Positions 29,406 to 40,060 of a stretch of 64,000 nt of DNA are shown one piece after another; positions within the stretch are counted from its first letter, which is position 1, and each line of letters begins with the position of its first letter. Origin of the DNA: an uncultured bacterium (lineage in GTDB: Bacteria; CSSED10-310; CAZUFC01). The stretch covers positions 58,815 through 122,814 of the forward strand of contig CAZUFC010000009.1 of assembly GCA_964619725.1 (NCBI GenBank), in the 5' to 3' direction. Below the pieces are notes generated by a model. The model was not told where the DNA came from. It saw only the letters and a program-made list of their open reading frames with translations, and did not search any database. The position numbers and the translations under genes are program-made.

Positions 29406-32315
29406 ATGTTCTCGATTTGGACGATTGATAAGCTGGCAGCATTAAAAAATGAAGAGGTTTTGATCGTCAGAGATTCACTTCGACTCCTGGTTATGGCTGA
29501 CGGAGCTCTTCACAGGTTTGCAGCGGATAATGGATTCACAGTAATAGCAGCCTCAACCAATCTGGTATTCAGGGAACTCTACGAGAAAGCAGTAATCTCA
29601 CAAGATACAAAGAAAATCCTTGTCATTGATAGAGCGCCGGTTCGAAGAAGAACTCGCGCTTCAATGATGAAAGCCCCGCCGCCGTTTTATCCCGATTTGC
29701 TATCCAGAACAGGACATGCGGCCAGGATAGACCTGAATCTGCGTCATTTTTTAACAGAAAAAACGGGGGACCCCGGATGGCCACATGAGACCAACGATCC
29801 GCAATTCGCCAGGCTTATTTCCGATAACATAAAAGATGTTTTGAAGGCTCATTCAAGACTGCGCACAGTCGATCCCGCCCGTTTTACTGATCGTGATTTC
29901 AGGACCATAATAGCATTCTCGGCATTAGGCGTACCTGAAGCAGCCTTTAAAAAACCTGAAGCGAAAGACTACTGGCGGATAGGACTGTTCGGGTATCCGG
30001 CGCTTGAGGAGCTTGATGCTCTTATCCCGGAAGTCGCCCAATCAGTTCGCAACGAATTGAGTAAAGCTTCTTCTCCGTTCAAGTGGTTTGCGGATTCACC
30101 TCCTGAATTGGTAATAAAAGCTTTTTATCTTGCTGCAATACTTTCTCAACACTTCGAGCACTGGAAGCTCCTGATACCTACTATTGATCCGGCTCTGAAA
30201 CGTTTCTGCGACATGGACGACAATCTTATCGATTCAGCCGCATGCGAACTTGCATCAATCGATCACAGCCGTGCTGAACACGATATAAAGGAGGTCGAAG
30301 AATCGTTAACCAAAGAAGACATTAAATTTATTCTGCTGGAACAATTGAATATTTTTGACAAAGGCGGATTCGCTGAGATTATCGAAAACGAACGTTATTC
30401 AATTCTTTTACGCTCGCTGGCGTTGTCTGCAGCGCTTGAAAGCGTGCTTTCCCGTGCCCGTTTGCATGATTTCCACGAAAGAGTAGCGAATAAACTGTTT
30501 TCAGAACCTTCCGAAAATTTGTCATGTTTCGTAGAACAGCGTTCTTCGCAGGTGTGGGAAAATTTGAAGACTGCTTATAACCTGGCGATATCGATAATAG
30601 AATATCTGAAATATTTAGACAAAGCCGTCACCGAGATAAAAGTGAAAAAAAGGACCGACTTGACCTTGGATTGGTTTCGTGAAATATGGAACGACAGACG
30701 CGTTAATCGTCTGGAATATTATCTGTCAGCTCTGGATAGGTTGGTTTTTAATGCGGACGTTCTTCCCCGTTCAAAAAAAAATCTGCCGAAAGAATTCTCC
30801 GCAGCCTGGGTTCGTATCAGAAATCATGTCGGGCGTATAGGCGATGACGTGAATAAGACGCTTACATTTTTGAATGAGAGATACCAGGAGATGATTAGGG
30901 AAAAATACAAGAGGTGGGTTGAGCAAGATACTTCTGAAGTATGGTTGACGAGTCGTTTTTTGAGTCGATGTCTAAAACCTCACTGGGACATAAAAAAAGA
31001 AAAAGCGGTTGTATTTGTGTTCGACGGCATGCGTTATGATATATGGGACGAACTTGTAAGACCTATATTCGAGGATCGAATGGAGCTCATAGCGGAATAT
31101 CCCGCCGTATCTCTTCTCCCATCAGAAACCCTAATCAGCAGGAAATCAATTTTTGCAGGCACATTTCCTGACGAATTCAATACGCGAGAAGGCGAGGATT
31201 CTCTCCTGGCCGAAGCAATGAAAAGAGAATTCGGCTATAACGGGAAAGTCGATACGACATATCCTGAAAGCATGGGAACAGGTGAAACCGTAAGGTATAG
31301 CGCGGGAAACATAGAATTTTTTATTTTCGATCTATGCGACAAGGAACTTCATAAAATACCGATGAAAAAAAAGAAAGATGGTCGATATGTTCCCGGTCGG
31401 CCGCTGGCTTTTATTTATCAGCAACATATCAAGGACATCATAGACAACGAGGTTATGGGAATTATTCGTGATTTAACGCCTGATACTAAAGTGTTTATAA
31501 CTGCCGATCACGGTTTCGGGCTTATCGGACGTGAATCTATCCGTATTAATCTCTCCTGGTTAAATGAGCCTGGCGATTGTCATTACCTCAATGCCTGGCT
31601 TAGAAACTCGCTTAGAGATGCCGGCGCGCCGGGAAAGCTTCGTGATCGTGTGTTGGAGTTTCCAGTGGGTGATCTCAGGCTGCCTGATTCCGGGGAAGGT
31701 TTCGATCGATCTCTAAGACGAAACTGGAAAAAGAAATTCGCAACCGTAGTTTTTCCTAAACCAGGTTATGCCCTGGCTCGCCCAAAAGCTAGATTCAAAC
31801 CTGACGCATATTCGCACGGGGGTATTTCCATTCAGGAAATGATCGTACCCATGTTGGCCATGCGAGTAAAAGCTCCGGAAGAGAGTTATCTGATACTTGG
31901 TCATATTCAGGGTCCTGAGGAATTGATTGAGGGTGAGGCGGCTGAATTTAAAATGAGTGTTCGTCGCTCCAAATCCCTCAAGAAAAAAGAAATTAGAATT
32001 GAAGCGCAGGCTGCCTATCGGAACAGGGAGGAAATACCGTCACTGAATACTCAAATTCAATATATTTCTGTTGCCGGCGGTAATGTTGTGTTCCGGTTTA
32101 TACCTGATGCCGGCGATGCAACCGAAGAAGAGCGAAAAAAGGGCATAATGGCTAGAACACTAAGAATAAGCATACTTTATCACGAGGAGAAACGCATGAT
32201 CAGAAAAACACAGTCATTCAGATTCTCTGTATTGCTTAATTCTGAAAAAATAGTCCGTCGAGTGCCCGCACACCTGGGGAAAATACTGGGTCTGACGCCC
32301 AAAAGCATGAGATAA
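29406..32315 (+). CDS. pglZ: PglZ alkaline-phosphatase-fold protein
   Basis: VFVFDGMRYD, LPSETLISR, ITADHG, YSHGGISIQEMIVP. Confidence 0.9.
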   Translation: MFSIWTIDKLAALKNEEVLIVRDSLRLLVMADGALHRFAADNGFTVIAASTNLVFRELYEKAVISQDTKKILVIDRAPVRRRTRASMMKAPPPFYPDLLSRTGHAARIDLNLRHFLTEKTGDPGWPHETNDPQFARLISDNIKDVLKAHSRLRTVDPARFTDRDFRTIIAFSALGVPEAAFKKPEAKDYWRIGLFGYPALEELDALIPEVAQSVRNELSKASSPFKWFADSPPELVIKAFYLAAILSQHFEHWKLLIPTIDPALKRFCDMDDNLIDSAACELASIDHSRAEHDIKEVEESLTKEDIKFILLEQLNIFDKGGFAEIIENERYSILLRSLALSAALESVLSRARLHDFHERVANKLFSEPSENLSCFVEQRSSQVWENLKTAYNLAISIIEYLKYLDKAVTEIKVKKRTDLTLDWFREIWNDRRVNRLEYYLSALDRLVFNADVLPRSKKNLPKEFSAAWVRIRNHVGRIGDDVNKTLTFLNERYQEMIREKYKRWVEQDTSEVWLTSRFLSRCLKPHWDIKKEKAVVFVFDGMRYDIWDELVRPIFEDRMELIAEYPAVSLLPSETLISRKSIFAGTFPDEFNTREGEDSLLAEAMKREFGYNGKVDTTYPESMGTGETVRYSAGNIEFFIFDLCDKELHKIPMKKKKDGRYVPGRPLAFIYQQHIKDIIDNEVMGIIRDLTPDTKVFITADHGFGLIGRESIRINLSWLNEPGDCHYLNAWLRNSLRDAGAPGKLRDRVLEFPVGDLRLPDSGEGFDRSLRRNWKKKFATVVFPKPGYALARPKARFKPDAYSHGGISIQEMIVPMLAMRVKAPEESYLILGHIQGPEELIEGEAAEFKMSVRRSKSLKKKEIRIEAQAAYRNREEIPSLNTQIQYISVAGGNVVFRFIPDAGDATEEERKKGIMARTLRISILYHEEKRMIRKTQSFRFSVLLNSEKIVRRVPAHLGKILGLTPKSMR

Positions 32316-32415
32316 TGACGGTCATACTTAAATTCCAATCAAATTTTTCTCTTTTGAAACCGATGCAATCCGACGTTTTTTTGCCCGGAATCAGCCTGCA
32401 GGAGGAGATATCAGG

Positions 32416-34470
32416 ATGAATCATAAACTGAAAGAGGTCTTCAGGGGTAAAGTCGTCAACAAGGCGCATACTATCAACACGGGGGTTGATGAGTTTCCCC
32501 GGTATGTCCTGGAATACCTGATCGACAACTACTGTTCCGAGGATACTTTTCATAAAGATATGGAAAAAGTCGTGAGAAGATTAAAGGAAACATTTGTGCA
32601 TGGAGCGGAAGCTGAGAAAATCAGGCATTATATCAGAGAACACCGAAGCCATTCAGTAATAGCAAGTCTGGAAGCACGTCTGGTTGAAACGGAGGATAAA
32701 TACTGGGGGTCCATTTCAGCGATAAACGAGAATTTCGTTAATATCCCTGAAAGCATTGTCCGTCAATATCCAATGCTGTTATCTGGCGGAATGTGGGGTA
32801 CGATAGACGTTACCTATGATGAGACCGAGATACATAACAAAAAAATCAGACCTTTTAAAGTTGAAGGATTCACTCCTTTTCAGGTCAGCGTTATAAATGT
32901 GGATGAGTTCATTGAGCGACGACGTGAATTTTCAACGAACGAATGGATAGATATTTTAATTAATTCATGTGGTCTTGATCCATCACGAATGAACCGAAGA
33001 CAAAAATTGCTGTATCTTTGTCGATGCATCCCGCTTGTAGAAACAAACGTTAATATGGTGGAACTGGCGCCCCGGGAGACCGGCAAGACATATCTTTATA
33101 GAAATATATCATACTACGCTCACGTGCTTTCCGGCGGTAAAGCTACTCCAGCCCAATTATTCATAAACTTGAACACAGGCAGAATCGGCGAGGTAGGGGT
33201 TCGGGATGCCGTTGTTTTTGACGAAATTGCGAATACCGACTTTACCGATCCGAAGTCTTTCGTGAGTATAATGCAGGGATATATGCAAGATGCAAAATTC
33301 AGCAGAGGCAAAAAAGAGATACTCGCTTTCGCCAGCTTGGTCTTCGTAGGCAATCTTGATGTCCAAGGTGATTTACCTCATGAGAAGTATTATCATCTCT
33401 TCGAACCGCTGCCGGATTTCCTTCAGGTTATTGCATTTCTGGACCGAATACACGGCTACTTACCCGGATGGGAAATCCCGAAGTTAACCCCTCAAAGTTA
33501 TTCGAAAGATTATGGGTTCATAACGGATTACTTCTGCGAGATAATGCATGAACTGCGGCGGTTTGATTTGTTGGGAAACGTACGGTCAGGATTTGAAATC
33601 GTCGACCATGCCGGCAGAACTCAGGGAATTTCAGGACGAGATCAACGGGCTGTATTAAAAACGACTTCTGGTCTATTGAAGCTTCTTTTTCCCGATGGAC
33701 ATATTACAGATGATGAACTGCAAGAAATCCTCAGTTTATCCTGCGAATTGCGCCAACGAGTGAGAAACCAGCTTCATCTGATCGCTCCGGGTGAATATGA
33801 CAACATCTCTCTGGGCGCACTCATGAAACCGGGTGATAAGAAAATTGTGCCGAAACTTCCCGACAGTCATCGCGTTCAGCGGATTACGATTCCCGATAAA
33901 CCTTCCATTGGAGAGGTTATAGGTTTGGCAGTCGAAGGAGATCATGGTTGTATTCTACATTTTGAGATGCAGGCAACACGAGGGACCGGACGTATCGTGC
34001 CGCTTGGCTCGATACAAAGGGTCATGCGGGAAAGTATTGAAGCGGCGGCTCAGTACATCAGGGCGAAACACGAAGACCTGGGGATAACGGCTGAATGGCG
34101 AAAGAGTTTTGACGTTGCCGTCCTGGCCACTTTTATGGGTGTTCCAAAAGAGGGACCTTCCGCAGGCATTACAATTGTTGCAGGAATTGTGTCAGCATTA
34201 AAAAAAGTCCCGATTAGAAACGATCTCGCTATGACCGGAGAGATAACGATAATGGGCAAGGTCCTGCCTGTCGGAGGTATCCAACAAAAAGTCAGGGCAG
34301 CTTTTGATGCGGGAGTCAAAGAAGTTATTCTGCCTGCTGATAGCCTGAAAGAAGCAGAGGGATTGCCTTCCTATCTGCTTGACGAATTAAAGCTGACTCC
34401 GGTCAATAACATTCAAATGGTATTAGAAAACTCGTTGCTGAATAACAATGTACCAAAAATAAAATCATAA
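32416..34470 (+). CDS. brxL: BREX Lon-like protease/MCM-like AAA+
   Basis: [54 protein letters not shown]...GGIQQK (Ser-Lys dyad). Confidence 0.92.
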   Translation: MNHKLKEVFRGKVVNKAHTINTGVDEFPRYVLEYLIDNYCSEDTFHKDMEKVVRRLKETFVHGAEAEKIRHYIREHRSHSVIASLEARLVETEDKYWGSISAINENFVNIPESIVRQYPMLLSGGMWGTIDVTYDETEIHNKKIRPFKVEGFTPFQVSVINVDEFIERRREFSTNEWIDILINSCGLDPSRMNRRQKLLYLCRCIPLVETNVNMVELAPRETGKTYLYRNISYYAHVLSGGKATPAQLFINLNTGRIGEVGVRDAVVFDEIANTDFTDPKSFVSIMQGYMQDAKFSRGKKEILAFASLVFVGNLDVQGDLPHEKYYHLFEPLPDFLQVIAFLDRIHGYLPGWEIPKLTPQSYSKDYGFITDYFCEIMHELRRFDLLGNVRSGFEIVDHAGRTQGISGRDQRAVLKTTSGLLKLLFPDGHITDDELQEILSLSCELRQRVRNQLHLIAPGEYDNISLGALMKPGDKKIVPKLPDSHRVQRITIPDKPSIGEVIGLAVEGDHGCILHFEMQATRGTGRIVPLGSIQRVMRESIEAAAQYIRAKHEDLGITAEWRKSFDVAVLATFMGVPKEGPSAGITIVAGIVSALKKVPIRNDLAMTGEITIMGKVLPVGGIQQKVRAAFDAGVKEVILPADSLKEAEGLPSYLLDELKLTPVNNIQMVLENSLLNNNVPKIKS

Positions 34471-34650
34471 AATAATACCCGATCAAAATGCAATTATAAT
34501 TGGATAATTTACAACCTTGACGTGGGTGTCTGGCGATATGACGATCAATGTTCCGTTAAATAATCAGCTCATTCCAGCAATAACCCGCCGCCGCTTCATC
34601 AATCGATTTAGAAAATCAAAATCTTCAGGACATTTTCTTTAAAAGTATAT

Positions 34651-36186
34651 TCAATCCGAACAGAGCAACCCTGTTTTATTCTTTAAAGCCAATAAAACGC
34701 TAACAAGAAAAACAAGCAAAATTAAACCCGGGAGATGCACAGCGGGCACTGATGGTTCAGTAGGAACAACAGTGGGCGTCATCGTGGGTTCGGCGGTAAA
34801 GGTATTTGTCGGAACGACCGTGGACGTTTGAGTCGGCGTTTGTGTGTGGGTATTCGTGGGCGCTGTCGTCGGGGAATGTGTCGGCGTAGGCGAACAGGTA
34901 GGGACATACGTCGGGGTAGCTGATACTGGCGGCTGATAATGGAAACCCAGGTCTACCGCAGCGGCATCGCCGGCGCTGTCTGTTCTGACGGTTAAATCAT
35001 CCATGCATACCGTTCCGTCCGCTCCCTTGCAGCATACATCCGCGGCAGTCATATCGCCGGCATCGATGCAGGGACTGTCAGTCGGCTGACCGGCCGCTGT
35101 ATGACTAAGGTAATAATCTCCGTCAGGCCCCGAAACGAATAAAGGGTCCTCATCAATCATCCCGTCGTTCCAGTTGAGCGTGCATCCGCCGCACACTCCG
35201 ACCTCGTTCATACCGCCTTGAACGTTGCTGTAGCTTATGGTCAGCGTTGAATTGACGTCCAGATCGATCTGCTGACCTTCCCATACGGCCGTATTGCCCC
35301 AGAATATGCTGTTCTTTACCGTTATCGTCGACAAGTCGGTGACCAGGCCTCCGCCGCTGTAATCAGCCGTATTGGCGGCGAATGTGCAGCAGTTTATGGT
35401 CGTGGTCGTATAATCATCGAAATAAATGCCGCCTCCCCTGTAACCGGAATTTCCATAAAAAAGGCAATTGTCGATGACCGGCGATGAATGATAGACGCAG
35501 TAAATCCCGGAACCGTCATAATCGGTCCTGTTGCCTGATATGGAACAACAACTTATTTCAGGGCAGGAAAAGTCATCGCAGCATATGCCGCCGCCGTCAT
35601 ATCCTGAATTGGAAGCTATACTGCACCCCGCAATGACGGGCGATGAATAATCGTCGCAATATATTCCGCCGCCGTAATCAAACGCCGTATTGACCGATAT
35701 CGTGCAGCTTAGAATCATCGGCGATGAATACTCGGCACAGTATATTCCCCCGCCGTTTTCAGCCGCACTCCACTGGATCACGCAATTCCTTATCGTGGGA
35801 GATGATTCCCAACAATGTATCGCACCGCCCGCATCATGATACCCATATCGCAGCGTGAATCCCTCCACCACCGCAGTCTCCTCCTCCGCATCGTCGAACA
35901 GAAACGCCCTGTGCCTGTCCGTCGACATCCCTTCACAGTCTATCACGCAATTGCCGGGTCCGTTCTCCGACATTACCGTCAATCCAATGCCGTGGAAATC
36001 AAGATCACGGTTGCGCATGCCGGCGTAAGTCCCGTCTGAAACCAAAACCGTGTCGCCCGCTCCGGCATTGTCTATACCCGCCTGGATCGTCGGCTGATCC
36101 CCGGGTACCTGAATCACCGAGCCCGACGCAATTGATGCAAAAAACGGCACAATGAACATCACTGCAATAATTTTATTCCTTGTCAT
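34651..36186 (-). CDS. secreted right-handed beta-helix protein with T/P linker and C-terminal sorting/TM tail
   Basis: Signal peptide from MTRNK (RBS GGGGAG), VPGDQPTIQAGI, repeated GGGIYC..SSP.I..C.I..N, tail VPAVHLPGLILLVFLVSVLLALKNK. Confidence 0.85.
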   Translation of the reverse strand: MTRNKIIAVMFIVPFFASIASGSVIQVPGDQPTIQAGIDNAGAGDTVLVSDGTYAGMRNRDLDFHGIGLTVMSENGPGNCVIDCEGMSTDRHRAFLFDDAEEETAVVEGFTLRYGYHDAGGAIHCWESSPTIRNCVIQWSAAENGGGIYCAEYSSPMILSCTISVNTAFDYGGGIYCDDYSSPVIAGCSIASNSGYDGGGICCDDFSCPEISCCSISGNRTDYDGSGIYCVYHSSPVIDNCLFYGNSGYRGGGIYFDDYTTTTINCCTFAANTADYSGGGLVTDLSTITVKNSIFWGNTAVWEGQQIDLDVNSTLTISYSNVQGGMNEVGVCGGCTLNWNDGMIDEDPLFVSGPDGDYYLSHTAAGQPTDSPCIDAGDMTAADVCCKGADGTVCMDDLTVRTDSAGDAAAVDLGFHYQPPVSATPTYVPTCSPTPTHSPTTAPTNTHTQTPTQTSTVVPTNTFTAEPTMTPTVVPTEPSVPAVHLPGLILLVFLVSVLLALKNKTGLLCSD

Positions 36187-36546
36187 GTCGACTCCCCTTC
36201 CTTCCCGACAACCGACAGCCAGGTTATTATACTGAATCTTTCCCTTAAAATATTCATCCCCGTCCTCAATCGTCCCCATGAGCCTCCAATATCCATTCTC
36301 ATCATCGTCTCCAGGCAAAAAAAAACGTCTCAACGGGGACTTAATTCAGTGTAAATATTAAGAATGAAAAATCAACTTTAAATTTGAACAGAAAATTATA
36401 ACCACTATTGTTGAGCCAAAGGATAGAATGAGGCTGATACTTTCAAAATGGAAAACATTTTTGAGGACGACGAATTGAACGACAGCATTAAGCGGGGGAT
36501 CGCTGATGCAGAAAATAGCCGTTTGACGACAGAAATCATCAGGGTT

Positions 36547-37707
36547 TCATTCCGCAGCCAGGTAATATCCTTTTCTCGCCCTGATCTTCACTTTTCTCCC
36601 CGGTATTTCCACTTTTATTCTGCGGAATTTTTCATCGCTCCTTCCCGGCCTTTCGGGATAATATGCGATGTAATACATACCTTTCAGGTCTTCTGACGCG
36701 CTGCTCATCATACTTCCCAGGTCATTGGAATCTTTTTGGAATGTTCCGCCTGACAGTTCGCTGAAAAAACGCAGGGGAGCCCGACGGAAGAACTGAAAAA
36801 GATTGAATTGGGAAATATCGCCCCACGGAGCGGTCAATCCCGTCACGTCGACCGTATATACGACCAGGCGACTGTGAGCTGCTATTTTTTCCCATTCTTC
36901 AAGCTGACCGGATGAATCGTGATTCATTCTTCCGTCCATATAGGAACCCGAAGAAATCAGAATGACGTTTTTCCGTCGCTCCACAGTTTGAGTCGCCAGG
37001 GCTATTCTTTGCAGACAATTAAGAATAACGGAGGAATGGCTGTGACCATGCAGTCCGTTAACGTTCATTTTCGCTAAAGGAGTTTTTTCCGGGTCTCCTT
37101 GCGTTACGGTTTGAGTATTTTCAGGCAGAAACGCTTTTTGTCCGACATTGAACATCAGGTCGAACGAGGCGATATAATCATCGAATATGGAAGGATCGGT
37201 TATCCCGTCGGCCAGGATAAGTAATTCTCCCGCATAGGTCACCAGGCTGATGACGTCGCCGGGACGCCAGTTTGCAACCGCGCTTTCACGAAAAGCTTTT
37301 AAACCCTCCTGCATATGCTGAACATTCAACCCATACTGGTCAAAAAAATATATCCATAATATAGATCGCTTCGGAGTCAAATCCTGACTCAGCTCAAACC
37401 CGTCCAAAGTTTTACCCGCAAAATCCCCTCTTTTGAAATGCTCAAATAAAGCAATCTTCTGCTTAACACCGTTTTCGTAAACCTCCACTTCATCAGCCCT
37501 GAGGTCATCCACCGGCTCATCGTTCCCATCCCGGACCGTCATATCAAGCTCAACCAGCTCCACCGTCACTTCAAAATCCGTCTCATCCCCGAAATCGCCC
37601 GCATCACGCTCGCCGGTTATGACTGAAGAAACAAGACAAAATTCCACGGACAAACCCATACAAACGAACATGATAAATTTAAAGAATTTTCCGGTTTTCA
37701 TAATCAT
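36547..37707 (-). CDS. VWA-domain protein (VWFA-related acidobacterial type)
   Basis: VELVELDMTVRD...PVDDL...VYENGVKQKI, RKNVILISSG, C-terminal YYIAYYP...FRRIKVEI...RARKGY. Confidence 0.85.
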   Translation of the reverse strand: MIMKTGKFFKFIMFVCMGLSVEFCLVSSVITGERDAGDFGDETDFEVTVELVELDMTVRDGNDEPVDDLRADEVEVYENGVKQKIALFEHFKRGDFAGKTLDGFELSQDLTPKRSILWIYFFDQYGLNVQHMQEGLKAFRESAVANWRPGDVISLVTYAGELLILADGITDPSIFDDYIASFDLMFNVGQKAFLPENTQTVTQGDPEKTPLAKMNVNGLHGHSHSSVILNCLQRIALATQTVERRKNVILISSGSYMDGRMNHDSSGQLEEWEKIAAHSRLVVYTVDVTGLTAPWGDISQFNLFQFFRRAPLRFFSELSGGTFQKDSNDLGSMMSSASEDLKGMYYIAYYPERPGRSDEKFRRIKVEIPGRKVKIRARKGYYLAAE

Positions 37708-37799
37708 CTTTTCCAAAAATTCGCCATTCCTTCACCGAAAAAGTTCCATTAATTGCTACACATGCATAGGGCAAAATGTTCCATCCGCCCGGAAATCAG

Positions 37800-37975
37800 G
37801 CATTGATCAAAAATGGGCATGTCTGGGTTACAATTTCTCAGCTTGTATCCTTCGTGCTCGCGCTCGTGCTCGTAATCGGGGTCGGTATCGGTATCGGGGA
37901 CGCAACATAATAATTACCAGGAGTTCTGAAATTCTGAAGAATTGTAACCTCAAAAGACGCATTTTTGATCAATGC
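37800..37975. repeat. MITE/REP-like element with 16-bp perfect terminal inverted repeats and central hexamer repeats
   Basis: gcattgatcaaaaatg (37800-37815) / catttttgatcaatgc (37960-37975); inner ggttacaatt/aattgtaacc; core cgtgct-cgcgct-cgtgct-cgtaat-cggggt-cggtat-cggtat. Confidence 0.75.
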
Positions 37976-38393
37976 TAAAATTTGTTACTTTACTCTTAGT
38001 CCAATTGGGCCGTTGGGCATGGGCGAAACATCAGTGACCGGCGGAATTTTCTTTTGATTCTTATGGGCGTCGTTGGTATCCGAGCGCACCTGCGCTGTGC
38101 TGACAGAGAAACCAAACCAGCCGCTCCAGCGGCCCCGTTGCGCTTATGCACGGGGATTACGAACCAACCGAGAAGCTGTCACATATGTTTTCTTACTTGA
38201 AAATCATACAAAAATTCAGTAAAATTCCAACTCAGATGCCGCGGGTATCCGAACCCCCATGTGTATGGAGGAAATCAGTTGAATGGACAATAACTTTTCT
38301 ATGTCGGAGCATCAAATATTCCAACTCTAGTGCGGCGGCGTAGATTTGCTCTAATAATTTAATTCGTTCAGTCAACAAAAAGAGGAGACTTTA

Positions 38394-38612
38394 ATGAAGG
38401 CTGAATTCTCGGTAATCATAGAACCCGCACCCGAGGGAGGCTATTGGGCCATCTGTCCGGAGGTGCCCGGCGCCAATGGACAGGGCGAAACGATAGAGGA
38501 AGTGAAAAATAATTTGCGACAAGCCATTGAATTGATCCTGGAGGATCGTAGAGCGGACATCCTCCGAGGATTACCCGATGATGCAATTCGTGATACGGTA
38601 TCGATTGGATGA
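38394..38612 (+). CDS. hicB: HicB-family antitoxin (short form)
   Basis: EGGYWAICPEVPGANGQGETIEE...NLRQAIELIL; GAGGAG RBS. Confidence 0.88.
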   Translation: MKAEFSVIIEPAPEGGYWAICPEVPGANGQGETIEEVKNNLRQAIELILEDRRADILRGLPDDAIRDTVSIG

Positions 38613-38788
38613 AAAGACGAGAATTGGAGCGGAAATTGAGAATTGCGGGCTGTTATCTGAAGCGGGAAGGCGGCTCTCATAGCCTATGGATCAATCCAAA
38701 GAACGGAGTTATTGAAGCTGTTCCACGGCACACAGAGATCAAAGAACCACTGGCAAAGAAAATCTTAAAGAATCTTAGCGCTGAATGA
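38609..38788 (+). CDS. hicA: HicA-family toxin (59 aa, below ORF-track cutoff)
   Basis: MKRRELERKLRIAGCYLKREGGSHSLWINPKNGVIEAVPRHTEIKEPLAKKILKNLSAE; GSH and VPRH motifs; ATGA overlap with hicB. Confidence 0.9.
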   Translation: MKRRELERKLRIAGCYLKREGGSHSLWINPKNGVIEAVPRHTEIKEPLAKKILKNLSAE

Positions 38789-38882
38789 ATGACCGACCAG
38801 CCGATTGATGATGCCCTCGATGAAAAAAACAGCGGCGGGAGTCGAGACAATTTGTTGCCGCCGTATATTTTAAGATATTTGA

Positions 38883-39908
38883 TCAATCGCTGCCCGAATC
38901 GTTCATCATAAGTATTATTTTTCCGTTCACTTTCTTGTTTTCAATCATTTTATGTGCTTCGGCGGCTTCAGTGAACGGCATCCCGGCATGAATAACGGGT
39001 TTTATCTTTTTTTCTTTCAGCAGCTTGAACAATTCTGTCAGGTCTTCCTTGAACCAGTCGGGATGTTTTTTCTGCAGGGATTCGACGGAATAAAAAAGAG
39101 CGGATTTGCCGTTAGGCAGGAGGTTCCATAATTTAAGCCGCAGAAAATCCAGCGGCACATTACCGCCTTTTCCCAGGGCTGCATCGTAGAAACCATAGGC
39201 AACCAGCGTTCCTTTCGGTCTCAATGCCCGGAAAGACCTTTTAAAATGGTCTCCTCCGACGGCGTCGAAGGCTGCATCAACGCCGTCCCCGGTCTTTTCG
39301 ATTACGACATTGACGAAATCCTCTTTTTCATAGTCTATGGGTACGGCTCCTGCCCCTTTTATCGACTCGTGTTTCGATTCAGCGTCTGTTCCAAACATAT
39401 CCAGGTCATTAAGTTTTCCGAGGCGAAGCAGAGCGGAACCCACTGCGCCGCCGGCCCCGTGAACGAGTATGATTTGTCCCTTTTTAATTTTCGCTGAACG
39501 GTGGAGCATCTGGTAAGCTGTGACATACGGCAGAATAACGCTGACAGCTTCTGCAGGGTCCAGTTCATCCGGTACAGAAACCAGTTCGCTCTCCGGCAGA
39601 CACATATATTCAGAATAAGAACCTGTAACGGTCAGAGCAGCGACTCTATCGCCCTTTTTGAATTTTTTCGCTTCAGTTCCTATTTTATCAACGATTCCCA
39701 CCATATCGTATCCCGGCGAGAAAGGGGGCTTCTGTTTAACCCCCGGATAAATGCCTTTTCTCACCATAATATCGGTAAAAGCGGCCCCCGCAGCCGAGAT
39801 TCTTACTCGGACCTCTCCCGCCAAAGGCTCAGGAAGCTTCTCTTCCTCAACAATCCTCAAAACGTCAGGTCCCCCGTATTCACTTATAATGACTCGTCTG
39901 TAACTCAT
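38883..39908 (-). CDS. medium-chain dehydrogenase/reductase (quinone oxidoreductase-like)
   Basis: YGGPDVL, PGYDMVG, LVHGAGGAVG, GKIIL. Confidence 0.92.
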   Translation of the reverse strand: MSYRRVIISEYGGPDVLRIVEEEKLPEPLAGEVRVRISAAGAAFTDIMVRKGIYPGVKQKPPFSPGYDMVGIVDKIGTEAKKFKKGDRVAALTVTGSYSEYMCLPESELVSVPDELDPAEAVSVILPYVTAYQMLHRSAKIKKGQIILVHGAGGAVGSALLRLGKLNDLDMFGTDAESKHESIKGAGAVPIDYEKEDFVNVVIEKTGDGVDAAFDAVGGDHFKRSFRALRPKGTLVAYGFYDAALGKGGNVPLDFLRLKLWNLLPNGKSALFYSVESLQKKHPDWFKEDLTELFKLLKEKKIKPVIHAGMPFTEAAEAHKMIENKKVNGKIILMMNDSGSD

Positions 39909-40060
39909 CAGCCTGTTTTCTCCCTCCCTCTTGCAGCGCTGAAAGAACCTCTCCCTGTGCGATTATATATTCTACATGAGGACCTATTGCATGAAAAGGA
40001 AAGAGCAGAAACCGGGTGAATCAGCCTCTCAGGGTTCGGTCCACTTTGTCCGTTGAATGT

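Noticed and set aside
36448-36696. Antitoxin-like ORF (SIKRGIADAENSR)
   Set aside because: Only ~25 plausible codons before it runs antisense into the VWA gene; at best a remnant.
38000-38880. Integron attC sites around hicBA
   Set aside because: Fragments (cgttgggc, gttcagtc, accaaaccagccgctccagcgg) are suggestive, but I could not pair R''/R' and L boxes, and no integrase is present.
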